64,000 nt of DNA. It comes from Tubulanus polymorphus (Eukaryota > Animalia > Nemertea). This document shows positions 1 through 24,371 of this stretch, piece by piece; the first letter of the stretch is position 1; each line of letters opens with the position of its first letter. The translations under genes were made by a program, and so were the position numbers. Location: assembly GCF_964204645.1 (NCBI RefSeq), contig NC_134032.1, positions 13,814,275 through 13,878,274 on the forward strand, in the 5' to 3' direction. The notes under the pieces are model-generated. The model was not told the origin of the DNA. It searched no databases and saw only the letters and a program-made list of their open reading frames with translations.

Positions 1-1049
1 ATATATATATAATCATATTGGAAAAATGATAGATCAATATTATACCTCTTCAAACTGATTAGAACTCCCAGTTAGTACGGCTCCATATTCACACAGCTCA
101 GCGGAGGAGCTGAAGTGATACCTGCAGCAAATCAGTACTGAGTGGAATAGCGCGTACCGTACCGTACATCTATCCCTGTCTCATCAACAGAAAGGGGAAC
201 GTGGAAGTGGAATCGATGTGGATTTACAACATAATTGGTTGAAATCGTGATCATTTATTCAACGTTGAAACAAAAATGTTGAATTCATGTTAGTTTTTCA
301 TCTAATCATATACAACCTTAATTTTACTATACAAACATTGAGTTTTAACATAATTTCAATGTCGTTAAAACCGTTCCTTCTCACTTGGAGGAAGGCAAAA
401 TAATATGCCCTCTCCACCGAGCATTTACGGAATGACTATTGGGTCAGAACGATTTACGAAAACCCCTATCCTCTGAGCAGAAAATTAGAAAAAGCCAAAC
501 TCCCTTAGTCTGATTATACCACAACACGATGTCTGAGCAGTTTTACAGAATATACTGTCGCGTCAGAAGCCGTTATTATTAGAAGGGCTTTGTGTAACCA
601 TCTCTGGGTGTTGATACAGCACGGCTTAGCTCTTCACTCCATCCATCAACTTCAATAAGACAGTTAAATCTTTCTACAATTGTCATTGCATCTTTGAAGG
701 AAAATGAATATATTTCATATATCTTTATTGATAAAATCCTAATTGTCACACAAAGTCGGAGGAAATTACGTTCAGAATGACAGACGACCCACAGAACGAA
801 GTCTGTCCCCTGGCTGTCTCGTGTAGCCACCTACGAATCCTATATGTCTCGCTATCGGAGGAAAAACTGTGATTGAAACCCTTAAAACGTGGATAGATTC
901 GTTTGACGATGAAACCGGTGTTTAATTGATGCACTCGAGAAGCTTCTGTCGTCTGAATATCAGACGATCTTATTCGAGTTACTGCGCCGAGACATCTCCT
1001 TCCGCCGCCTACTCAAACATCGTTATATGTGCCAGTTCAATAAAGCTAT

Positions 1050-1262
1050 CCTTCTTACTCTCTCTACTCTTTCCCTCTCTCTCTCCCCGTTTTCTCCCTC
1101 TCTCTCCATCTCTCTCTCTCTCCACTCTCGCCCCTCAATCTCTCCACTCTCACTATCCCCCTCAATCTCTCCACTCTGTTCTCACTCTCCATCTCTCACT
1201 CTCTCTCCAGCCTCTCACTCTCTCCATATATCCACTCTCACTCGCTCTCTCTCACTCTCTCC
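1050..1262. repeat. CT-rich microsatellite / low-complexity tract
   Basis: Degenerate (CT)n/(CACTCT)n run. The overlapping S/L/P-rich ORFs 926..1342 and 1027..1536 are by-products of it. Confidence 0.9.
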
Positions 1263-2317
1263 AGGGATCAGTAGTAATCCAGTGTTGTATCATTATCTTA
1301 GATATCTACATTTTGTGCGGCTTACTTGCCACAAATGGATGAAACATCGATTCCAACTGCAGACGATTCCAGTAGACATGGGAGTCTGCAGACAACAAAC
1401 ACATCAGATTTATTTGAGCAGTGGGCGGGGTGTAGTCTGTTGGGATCTCGACAGGATCTCCGGGGGTCGGGAGAGAAACAACCGGTTCAGTCCGGTCGAG
1501 ACCTCAGCCAGACCCCGGACGAGCTTAAACCAGTGACTCGTCTCTGATAACTAGGACGTATAGTAAACCTAGTCCGATTCGGTTAATTAGTCATAGTTTA
1601 ACCGGAGCATCGAGTCCCCGGAGTCTCAAGTCATTAAACACGCGGAGTTAAATACATTATGAGTCACTGAGTCGTATAGACACAGTCTCGAGATCTCTCT
1701 CTCTCCCCACGCATACACTGTGTGTTACGCAGTAACATCGTGACATCTGTTTGAATTTCATCCGTCGCGTTTACATTATTACATTATTCATTTTCGTGTC
1801 ATAATTGCACACTGTGGCTCCAGAAGGGGTGTTGGGGTTACTCTCAACTGTAATCTGGATGCGGATCCGGGGCCAGTAGGGCGCGGACCCAGTATAGCTG
1901 TTGCCGTAACCGTAAGATCGTCGGAGTGGGGTGGGCCGCGGATTGTAAGGGATTCCAAATCTCTTATACCAAAAAGGTCAATCCCTACTCCTATCACACA
2001 ACTATATATGTGCTTCGATTTCCGATTTCAAAATCAAACCCCCTGTTTCGCTCCGGGCTGGTCGGGTGGTGGGTTTGTAAAGGGACACCAATTAGAAAAA
2101 AATCAAACGAAAGTCACAGGGTCAATCCCTATTTTAAGATCAAAAGGTTAGAAAGATCGTCTGGACCTAGTAGGAGTTCCACAGTGTTGGGGAGTTAAGA
2201 TTTGATCTGCATTGTTCTCGCAGTTTGAATATATAACGGGTATGATATACAGGACACGTTTCGACCCAACCATCTAACCCGTAATTATTGAGTATTTCTT
2301 TATAATCTCTTACACAG

Positions 2318-3265
2318 AGTCCAGTACAAGAAAAAATGTCTGAAAACGAGAAACTATCGTTTAAAGATAAACGGAAGTACTTCGAGAAAGAGATCGAACA
2401 CGCTTCCGGTCCGTCACAACGAGGCGGCGAGAAAAAGTTTTCATATCTATCCGAAGACGAGGTCGCCAAACTGAAACAAGAAAATGGTAAGATTAAAGAG
2501 GACCAGGGCAAAATTTTGATCAGTGTGTGGCTTAGCGTCGTGGTAAAGTCCTCGACTGCTACCTATGAGATTGTGGGTTCGAATCCCTGAATTCTGTCAC
2601 CGTGGCGTCTGTTAGCGATATTCGTGTTATACTCCTAACTTTTTAAAATGCTTTTATTTTTCTCCGTAGTATTTAGTCTTTTTTTTGCAAAAACATTATT
2701 TTGTCCTCCACAAACCGTGGAATTACGTATCTCACATTATCTTATCTTTCTCACCTTTTACCCGCGAGTTACTAAATAAATCAGTATTTGCTATTAGAAA
2801 ATGTATTGAATAAATCATCAAAATCTTCATCTAACCAAAGTAGGAGATCATGATTTTGGGTATGAATTACTGCTTCTTATTGAACTACGCTCATTTCGCT
2901 GTGGTTATCCTTACGAGTTCTTTTTACAGATAAGAAAATGTCAAACATGTCTCAAGAGGAGTTGAGAAAACGAGTTTCAGACGAAATGTCACGTGACGAA
3001 ATGGATAAAATGATGTCCAGGTAAAGTTCATGATATCTCAGATATATCGATTTATATATGATCGATATATCGAAAGTGATTGGTACAATCGATATATCCG
3101 ATCGATTTATGTAATTGATATTTTTGAAGTCATCGATATACGAAATATCTGAATGATTGATGAAATTGATTGAAAGATAATCGATATTTCAAATTGAATG
3201 ATTATTCATCGATATTTCTGGTATTTCCGATTGACAAATAATGAAATTTCGATGATTGATACATC

Positions 3266-3300
<35 letters not shown>

Positions 3301-5599
3301 CCAAATTGATCAAATATATATATTTCTCCAACCCGCAGCTTCAATGTTGGAAAACGGTAAAAGTTCAATCGTGAATGTTGTAAAAAACAGAGTTTTGTGT
3401 TGTAGATTTTTGTTGTTTTCGCAAAAAAAATGTTTTTAATGTTTAGATCGATTTTGATGGTGTCGTTATCACGTGGCTGGTTTGTGACAATGTGGGTTCG
3501 AATCCTTGATTAATAGATTCATTTCAAAAATTAAGACATTGGAAAAAGGGCTGTCTGCGGTCACCATCCCCCAGGTGGACGCCTCTTTGTGGACAGTCCT
3601 AGCCCCATTGGTGCCCTTAAAGGAACCCTACAAAAAGGTTCTTTGAAGACCCTTTAGGGGTTCTCCCTGGGAGGCAAGCCCAAGAAACCATAAAGGTTCT
3701 TAGGTAGAACCCTTTGTTCTAAGAGTGTAGGCTGTGCGCTGTGCTCGGGATTGGTCCAAATCTAATAGAATCCAAAAAAACCAGATAGAAATTCGATAGG
3801 AATATATATTTTCAGAAATCAATGAAAAGACATATTTTCAATTTTAGTGAAAGCAAAAAATTATCACCTTCGGAAGAACGTCAGAAGGAATTAGAAAAAC
3901 GCTCTGATTGGCGGAAAGCTCGTATCCAATCGTTAGAAGAGGATGCACTTAGAGCCCAGTTAGTCATGTCTAAAATCAAATCTAGTTCTTCATCAGCTAA
4001 TCAGCCCGATCATAACGGTTAGTATTGAGTTTTTTAAACTTGGAACTAAATCGTTTTAATAATTCTTTCGTTAATTCAGTTAATGTGAATTCATTGGTTC
4101 AACTTTTGTTATTTCTGCATTTTAGATAACGATAAACCTGCGAACATTGTGACATCACCGGATAGTATACCAGACGAACAGGTCAGTATTTAACGGGTGT
4201 AGCGAAGAGGGGGTTAATTTCATTATCTATACTCGATAGAAATCGATTCGATGCTTTACGATGATGTGAGCATCGAAATTTTATAATAAAAAAAAAATTA
4301 AATGATCTTTTATCTTGTTCACCAAAATTTACTCCTTGCACACACGTACGTGCATGAGCCCAGGGTTCGAACACGTGAACTACGATGTGCAAAGCCCGCA
4401 AGTTTCCACTACACCACGGAGTTGATGTGAATAACGAGGTCTGGAAGTTTGTCTTGTATGAGGCCAGTGACCAGTCAATGCAGTGACCAGTCAAGCTTGG
4501 CAACTCTATTCACTAACAATACCAAGTTTTCCGCCAATAAAGAAACATTTCGGGCAATTTGAAAATATACAAGATAAGAATGAATGCTGATAGAATCTGA
4601 TAACTGAAAATAAATCTGTATCACCGACCAGCAAGGTGTTAGATCGCAATTTATTTGAGGGGTCGTTGGAAGGTCCAGTAGTTTCACCGAATGTTTCCTG
4701 GGGCCAGTTTCACACTGATGGCCTAGATTTAAGATCAATATGAGATCACGGTTTTAGAGCAAATCTATCCAAGAATAGTCTTTAGATTTAGGACCACTTA
4801 TGGACTTAAGTCACGACTGTGCAACTGGACCGTCCTAAGTGGAATTATCCGAACAAAATGCTATTCGTCACGGCGTATCGTAAAATCTGAATTCCGAATC
4901 GTTCTCTTTTTTTCATTCAACAACAGGCGCCGAATTTTCCTTCCGATTATAAACAGTTAAAAGTGAATCAACGCGAGGGCGAGAAAAAAGTGAAGGAAAA
5001 ATCGCGAGTGGTCGGCGAGAATGTGGTTCGTAAAATAGAGGAACACATCGACGAGGAGACAGGCAAGAAAACACTGAGAACCGTCGAGTACGTCGAGAAA
5101 ACTATAGAACATGAGGTAGGTTTAAACCGAAACCCTGTAATGCTGTAATATATGTATATGTGACAATAATGTATTTTCTATCTCTGTGCTCGAAATTTTG
5201 TAAAGAAATGGAGCAGCAATGTTAATGATAATAATGATTTAATTCCAACGCTCGATCTAAGTGCTCGTAGCCTTGCTATACGTTTCAAATATTGACCAAA
5301 ATTGCCCTAAAATGTATCGCGAGCGCTTGGAGTCCCTGCTAGTAATGTAAGAGGTACAACGTTTCGAGTGATCTAAATATAAATGTTAGTTAATGATAAT
5401 AATGATAATAATTTATTCAGCCTAAAATCCATATAAAATATGCTCATTGGCTTTCCATCATATATAAAAAAGCCTTGTTGCATCATAGTTGTTTAGGTAT
5501 CATATTTGTTGTTGTTGTTGTTTTCAGGTTGAGACAACAGAACAACAAATCGTCGAGTTAGAATTAGCGAGTGATGTCAATACTAACGGAGATCTGTAA
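2318..5599 (+). CDS. Scribble (LAP4) C-terminal-like coding region: either the 3' end of a scribble gene or a short standalone paralog/isoform
   Basis: Phase-consistent GT-AG exons: 2318-2486, 2930-3020, optional 18-nt 3339-3356, 3849-4017, 4126-4181, 4927-5115, 5528-5599 (stop TAA 5597-5599). The peptides EKLSFKDKRKYFEKEI, KKFSYLSEDEVAKLKQE and LSPSEERQKELEKRSDWRKARIQSLEEDALRAQLVM match Scribble C-terminal motifs as I recall them (LSFRERQKYFE; EKRALWRAARMKSLEQDALRAQMV). In-frame ATG at 2336. No LRR or PDZ exons in the window. Confidence 0.75.
2524..2592 (+). mobile_element. Degenerate tRNA-derived SINE head
   Basis: A-box-like TGGCTTAGCG and B-box GGTTCGAATCC in an intron. No intact cloverleaf. 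Confidence 0.45.
3266..3300. repeat. (GATT)n microsatellite in an ATCGAT-rich low-complexity intron segment
   Basis: About 8-9 tandem GATT units. Confidence 0.9.
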
Positions 5600-8373
5600 C
5601 ATACAGGTAATTATAAAACCACTTGAAATCTGGATCGGTCAGGTAGGTCGATGGGTCCCTCTCAATACCCTTCAAGATTGCATCGGACCTTCCCCATCGC
5701 TGCTAAAGTTTTGCCTAAGACCCCGCGTGTCTCCACGCCTACCACACTCGATCGCGGATCCTTGTGACTTGATCAACCTCGCATCCTCCAGACCAAACAC
5801 TCTTAAATCTTTATCACTTGTGCCCGTGAGCCTCGACCCTTCAAACCCGATCGATTTCCCCAAGCGCAACTTTGACAAGGAGATCCTCACGAATCCCTTT
5901 CAACCCAAACCATCTAACTGGAAGGCGTTGCTGTAACCTACCGATTAAACAACTGTGAAATGGTTTATTGGGATAATAGCTCGTAGCTGCAACTAATTCA
6001 CTCATTCTTTCTCTATTTCCAGGTGCTACAAACAGAGTTCGAAACTTCTCTCGATTTAGAAATAAAGACTGAAGAATTTCTAATTAAAGCAATATTTGAT
6101 TAATTAAAGTTTGTAATAATCTAGTCTATAATTCACGCAATATGTATCATCAATTATTATAATTACTTTGTATTCAGTTATTAATACTTTGTATAATGTT
6201 TGTTTATTTAATCGATTTTCGATTTCAGATTTTTGGGTTTAAATTCGGGTTTTCCTGGTTTTTGTACAACAAAAAACAAATCGTTGAACGAAATTGGTTT
6301 TTTTAGTTCGATCGGTAAAATCGGTAGTATTTCGCCTGGAACGATCTCCCACCCCTTTTTTATTTCGTTTATTTTCAATCAACACCGAGAAGAAGATATC
6401 GCGTCTTCTTCATAAATCCTATGATTAGGGGTGGTAGGTTGTTAAAAAGATGTGATGTAGCTTTTTGTAAGATATTAGTTCAAATTTCAGCCCACCCTCG
6501 GTTTTGCAACCCTCCCCGCGTCGACTTTACCCCATTCCAAATCAACGTATCATTGTAAATATTCGAAGATCCCAGAATTTTGTAAATAAATAGTCTAGAA
6601 GTTCGAAATGTGAATTATTTAAGTTTTCGGGGTGACCTCTGTGTTTTTGAAGGTCATGTGAATCTTGTTATAAGAGGTATGAAGGGGAGGTGAGATACGT
6701 AGTCACTCGGACTGCAGCGGTGGATTATTAGCATTTGTAAATCGTCTATAGATTAAAGCTAATTGTTATATTAAAACTAGTCTGTAAATAAAACTATCGT
6801 GTGTTTAAAAACTGTATTAAAAACTATTAAACTGACGAATGATCGTGTACGCATGCGCCAAAATAAATTCGAACATTTCCTATCTATAAACAAACCATTT
6901 CCGTCTCAATTATGACTGGGCCTGCTGCTATTCCATTTCAACTTGGAAGTTCTCTGGGAGCTAGTTGATAATGACCCAAAAGACTCCAACAGAAGGCCAT
7001 TCACTCGGCGTTAAGACGCCTGTAGGCAAAGGTCAAATGACAGGATGGAGGCAAACGAGGCTGAATTGTGAGCTCCTGGGCCTACTGGACCAGGATCCGA
7101 AACAACTCGACCCCAAACTCTACATCGAGCCCCGTTTTCACTACAATCCCACCAGCCATCACTGGAGCAGGACATGACTTGAGAATGATGCACTGCCGCC
7201 CGGCCAACCCTCGCCAAGAAAAAATGAAACCGTGTGCCCGTTGTGGTTGGTGTACTTCTAAAATAGTTGTTTTTGATAAATATTGCTTCGGTGTGGTCGG
7301 GTGAAGACTTGCTGTCATGTGCTGCCGCTGTGCATATGGTTAACGGTTTATATATGAACTAAATATGTTCCCTAACAGCCTATAATATGCTTACTGCGGC
7401 ATGCCGCCTTTTGCACTTGAATAGACTGGTTGCCTGTCCATTTCGTGACCGGTCACCAGTCTAGCAATGGAATTGATCTCTGCCGGATCCGAACGAACCA
7501 TCACTTCGGTTGAACTATGAAACAATATAGAAAGTTACCTTTTAGTATTACACCAACCTCGCTGAACGAAATAATTCGAACGAAGATTAACTCAAACTGT
7601 ACAATATATCAAATAAAGCTGTTTCATAATCCGATAAAGTATCTGATAGCAGTGAAGTTTGTGAATAAATACAGGATTCGAACCCTACATTTCAGTGTAG
7701 ACAAGTGGCGCCACCTGAACTGTCATGGTGTTTTTTATGGGGTCAATGGATTATTGTAGTAGTTTTGTATTTTGACACTGTACGTAAGTAATAATCTAGT
7801 ACCTAGCTGGGCCGTTACTACGGCTGGTATTCAGACTATGCAAGTAAGGCCTTGAAATAATCTGGAGTCTACTTTTTGTATGGGATTAATTTTTTGGGGA
7901 TATTTCGCATCTTTTTGAACACGACGGCCGGCGGTTGGTCCTAATCAGTAATCTATCTTATTCTTATTCCTTCGAGATTCGTTTTGGTTTTATCGGGTCG
8001 GGTTTCTCTTACTTGACCAGTGGAACCGTGCAGTCTGAATAAACCATCAGTTTTTTTTCATAATCTCGTTCTGACGTTCACACTGTAGGCCTACCCAAGT
8101 ATTGGCAACAAGTCTATACTTCAAAGAAACTATCAACTAAATCAATTTTAACAATATTTTTCCAGGTCATGATTGTCATAAACCATTTTAAAAATACTAC
8201 TAGTAAAGATAATGCAATGTGGTGTTTTTCTTATAGAATACAGACAGAATTGAACTGGTACCCGCCCATTGCCAACGTGGTAGAGCTTTACTAGTCTACT
8301 GGGATATCAGAGTATTATTGCGGTGTGGTTACTACTAGTCTATGATTACGATTATTGATTATTGATGGTTGTT

Positions 8374-19680
<11,307 letters not shown>

Positions 19681-19879
19681 AACGCTAATGATGATTGAGC
19701 AGTTAAAAGAGTGTTTGGCACCGACTGGCGTTCATGTATGTAGCTTGGCGTCAGGGATTCAAACCCGATGGTTATCCTGCTCAGATAGACCCAGTGCGTG
19801 TACAGTTGCGCATTGCACATTGTGGTGATGTGTCACGTATCTAAATGGGTTTTTCAGATTCGTAACTGGAGTGTTTAAT

Positions 19880-20260
19880 TCTGTAAGTGGATGTCTTGCA
19901 TCTGTAGTGGATGTCTTGCATCTGTAAGTGGATGTCTTGCATCTGTAACTGGATGTCTTGCATCTGTAAGTGGATATCTTGCATCTGTAACTGGATGTCT
20001 TGCATCTGTAAGTGGATGTCTTGCATCTGTAACAGGATGTCTTGCCTCTGTAATTAGATGTCTGGATTCTGTAACTGGATGTCTGGCATCTGTAATTGGA
20101 TGTCTTGGATCTGTAACTGGATGTCTTGCCTCTGTAATTAGATGTCTGGATTCTGTAACTGGATGTCTGGCATCTGAAATCGGATGTCTGGCATCTGTAA
20201 TCGGATGTCTGGCATCTGTAATTGGATGTCTGGATTCTGTAACTGGGTGCCTTGCACCTA
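19880..20260. repeat. 21-bp minisatellite (GGATGTCTTGCATCTGTAACT)n in the presumed PHTF 3' UTR
   Basis: About 18 units starting about 200 nt after the PHTF stop. Source of four periodic ORFs. Confidence 0.93.
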
Positions 20261-21976
20261 TAATTGTCTCGCACCTCCGTAGCCGAGGTATCACTGTAAC
20301 ACCTCCAACACACTATAGCAGTATTGTAGATTACAACTACCGTAAGAGCTGTATCGGCCAGTAGTATTGTGACCGCATTTTGTTAAGTAATAGAATTTGT
20401 CGCTAAATATAGACCGGACTGGTCATTTGAGATTAGTGTGAGTAATTTATTTAAGCAGAGCCGCTATCTATCAGTGGTTTGTATGTACCTATGTGTCGGT
20501 GTAACTGGGGTCTGTTTTGAAGTGTGAACATTGGATCTATTTTGATGCGTGACTTATCGTATGTTTTGATGCGGGGATGGGGGTCTATTTGGAGGAGGTC
20601 TCGAGCGAGCGGGACGGGGTATATTTAGTGATGTGTGAATGTAAATGGGGGGATATATTTTCTATTCGAGCCCCCTTTATTTACAACCTATTTGTGTGTT
20701 GTTCAATTGTGCCAAACTTTATTCTATCGTGTGTGTATTTTTGTCCAAATTTTGTGACGGACAGTTTGTAACCCCGCCCCCGAGAAAATGTGAACATTAC
20801 CTTAGTTTTAGGATTGAATTCATTTCTCCTATAATTTTGCTTGTGATAACCCCCCTCCCCCCTCTTTTTGTATTATTCATTATTATATAAACTATGTGTG
20901 ATCTAATTTAAACCTTGTTCGATGGTTATTATTAAGATAGAGGGCGCCTACCCCCAAATCAGATCTGAGAACATGGGTGCATCTAGGAAAATGGAAGGAT
21001 GGGGTCCAGAAGAAAATAATAGGCTTTTCTCGGATAAAGCAGTCATGTCGAAGTACACAAATGAGGTTCCATCCTCAATATTAAGATGTTCTTTACGAAA
21101 TAGTTGCTAAAAAGATACAAATTCCAATGAATATCATATTTGTGGGTTTTTGCTATCTCGGTCTTGCCGAAAAGGGCAAAGAGCGCCACCTAAATCCTTC
21201 CCACTGGGGAAAAAATCCTGGACTGGCTTTGAGTAAAAGGGATTTGATTTAAGGCCGACTCAACAGTATTTTTAGAATTTATTCATTTATTTATTTAACA
21301 ATCAGTAGAACTGATATTTGTGCATTTCATTGTATTAGTACCCTGGTATTTATATTTGAATCAAAATTTAAACAAATGTGCCGACATCAGGGGCACTCTT
21401 CATTATTACTACTATTGGGGGCAGACGGACATCAGTTCCCGTTTATACCACCAGAGGGCATGGCAAGTCTTATAGCCCTCTAGTTGTTTAATATTGTATT
21501 TATGATTTAATACCTGTAGGACTGTCGTAGGTTTTGTTTGCTGTATTCTAATCAAATAAAACTGTTCAAGAAAATCTTTCGAGTTGTTGAGATTATTTTT
21601 TTAGGCTCGAGGAATCAGAAGATATCATTCCAGTGATACGTCGACGACTTATCCAAATTCGTAATTCAAAAATAAAACTTAAGACTAAAAAATAGTGATG
21701 GCTCATCCAAAATGATAACTTAACTTAGGCCAAAAAATTGATACATTGTTTCTCATTTCTGCCAAGCTTATAAGTTGAATTGGCTGGCCACCTATCAACC
21801 CTGTGTACATACTTAACTTTTAAATTCATGATCAAGCTACCCATATAACAGACCGGGCAGTTTTAGAAATGAACTGATTTCGAATTAATGCAGTAAACAA
21901 TCGACTCGGCAAGATTTTGCGTCAAACCACCAAAAAGTCAGAACAAATCGGTTTGTTTTAAAAGAATTCTTTAATT

Positions 21977-23808
21977 TCAACTCGTTTTAAATTTACATCG
22001 ATCGCCTTTAATGCTTTTAAAACGTTCCAACGATTTATTTTTCTGTTTTAATTTTTGCGTTCGTTTTTCCGATTTGCCGCCGATCGACGTGTACTCGACG
22101 TTGATCTTCCGTCCGCCCAACTCTGAACGATGCAACAATAAACCTTGCTGTGAATTTGAAAAAAAAGAAAAATCGAAACCCTTAAATGATGGAACTAAAC
22201 TTCCTAACTCGAAGAAACTGTGGTCGATTTTCAAATCGACGGGAAAAGCACATTTCGACCCGAAAACGTCGTTCAGCGCGAGAAAAGACGTTTTCTCATC
22301 AGATCTTCCCCGTATCGAAAAAAAATGAAAATGTCGATGCGCAAAAGCAAGATTTACTCTATATTTCTTTTACCTTAAATGATTTTCCATCCGCAAATTC
22401 GACATAAGCAAAACCTCGAGGTTTCCCGGTTTCCTTGACTACCGGCAGACGGACTTTATTGACTTTGCCTACAACGAAAATAATGGCATTAAATACAGTA
22501 CACTGAGTTCTTACAGATCAAATTCCGTGATATTTCCCTGACTTCCCAGATTAAAATAATGAAATATCCTCCGACCTCAGTGAGAGTAGTTCTTATCAAG
22601 CGGTTCACTGGGCACCACTGAGAACAACAAGACAACAAAAATTTGAATTCCAAATTTTCAAGACAGGAATCGGAATTCTCCGGATTTTTCCGGCAAGGAA
22701 AACAAATCTGGTATTCGCTGCTCTTCAAGAACCCATTATACAGTAGAAATTTGGTCTGGTGGCGATCAGAGTTGAGGCAATCGGGGAGTTACCTACAGGA
22801 ACTCGTACTGACCGGCTGTTTGGAAATGTTTCTCTATTTTCTCGATCGTCGTCGTGAACGGTAAATTCCCTACGAATAAAACGTACAGTAGTTTCGATTT
22901 TTGTTTAATAGATGGCGCAGCCGCAGCGGGGGTTTTCGCCTAAAATTTGAAAAAAAACAAGAAACAATGATTTTTTACGATGCCCTGAGTTCATATTCAT
23001 CTCTCGAGAAATAGTAGTTACCGGCGGCGTTTCTGATGAAAGTTCCGAGGATAGTTCTGATAGTTTTTCCGAGTCTTCGTTCTTCTTCTTTTTTCTCTTT
23101 TTCGCTGGTGGTGATGCTGCTGAAGTCTCTCCGTCGCCGTCCGAGTCCAACTTCGCCGGTTTTTTCTTCTCTTTCAGAAAAGTCGGTATGAATCCGCTTT
23201 CATTTTTCAGCGGTTGAGTTTTTTTCGATTTTTTGCTTCCTGCCCAAAGAAAATATCTAAAACAATATAACTTTTTTTATGAACATAGTTTTGTTGTCAG
23301 AGATCAAAGTTGGAATAAATCCATTGCGTTCATTCAGGCGCTTTGGTGGAAGCAATTTTTGATTGTCACAGCAAAAAACCGATTTTTGACAGGGCAGCGA
23401 ATTTACTTCAATTCTGTAAAAATATGGTATTCAAAGAAAGAAAAACGTCATTCTGTTATTGTTGGAGCAGCAACTGTTCCAACGCCACTCTCACTAAATG
23501 ACTCTGAAAACCAATAATATGGCAACGGACGTAACCCTTTGGCTTTGGCACTTCGACATTTTCTCTCTGAAAAAATTAATTATTCTACCTAAATCATAGT
23601 TGAAGTTTGTGTCGATATCTTTCTGTTTAGACTTGCTGCTGGTCGTCTGCTCTCCCTCTCCGTCAACGCCTTCTGAATCTCGTTGTTGCTGTTTCTTTTT
23701 CTTCATCCAAAATTCTAGTCTACGCTTTTCCCGATCCGTCGGCGGTTTCTTTGAAGAATTCATTTTAGATTCTTGCTGAGTGGGTTTAGTGGCGGCCTTA
23801 GTCATCAT
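21977..23808 (-). CDS. Single-RRM, lysine-rich RNA-binding protein (Nop6-like; probably nucleolar)
   Basis: Exons 23808-23589, 23239-23022, 22939-22813, 22468-22374, 22147-21977, all phase-consistent. RNP2 VLFVGNLPF and RNP1 RGFAYVEF. C-terminal LHRSELGGRKINVEYTSIGGKSEKRTQKLKQKN resembles Nop6-family tails. Basic NLS-like runs (KKRKKKK). Confidence 0.85.
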
Positions 23809-24371
23809 ATTTAACAAGGTGCTGTGAATTTGGGAAGTAATTAACGATAAATAACTTTGTTAATCAGCAAAGTCGTAATAATTTTTCTTTTCGTGCATGC
23901 AAATATATAAGAAAACAAAATTGTTGTAACGTGGAGGTTACGATTTGTTCTTTCGTTGAGTGCTGCCGCTATGTATAACGTTAGCGGTGAAAATGTGAAC
24001 TAACTCGACAGCACTATATTCTTACTGTGGCAAGCGAATAATCAAGTTAGTTCACATATTCGCCGTCGACGATTAGTATAGAGGCAGCACTTGACGGGTA
24101 AGATTTTTGTGAACGAAACCATTTCTCGTTAGATATCGCGTATAAAACGTTTAAATATCAAAACTCCGCAAGGAATATAAGCTCCCACGCTATGTACGTG
24201 ATGACTATGCATAAATAAACAACAAATAGACATAAAACAAGGCTTGGACTTTCGAAAATGTATTATTTGACATGTAAGTCACACAGTCATGATTTATAGC
24301 AGTGTGTGGTGGCAGCACCGGACGGTTTAAACGCGGGCGGGGTCCAATTGTTTTTTCGTTCTAGCGAAAAA
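23809..24371. promoter_or_regulatory. Putative bidirectional promoter region between the RRM gene and IAH1
   Basis: Two divergent start codons only about 560 bp apart. Contains an inverted pair of a 57-bp element (23958-24091). Confidence 0.65.

Noticed and set aside
926-1547. ORFs of 138, 169 and 73 aa
   Set aside because: Mostly driven by a CT microsatellite, with no homology or splice support.
5571-5936. 121-aa ORF and antisense 72-aa ORF
   Set aside because: They lie in the putative 3' UTR intron of the Scribble-like gene and show no recognisable domain.
19759-20364. Periodic ORFs such as TDARHPV and SVTGCLA repeats
   Set aside because: By-products of a 21-bp minisatellite in the presumed PHTF 3' UTR, with no splice or domain support.
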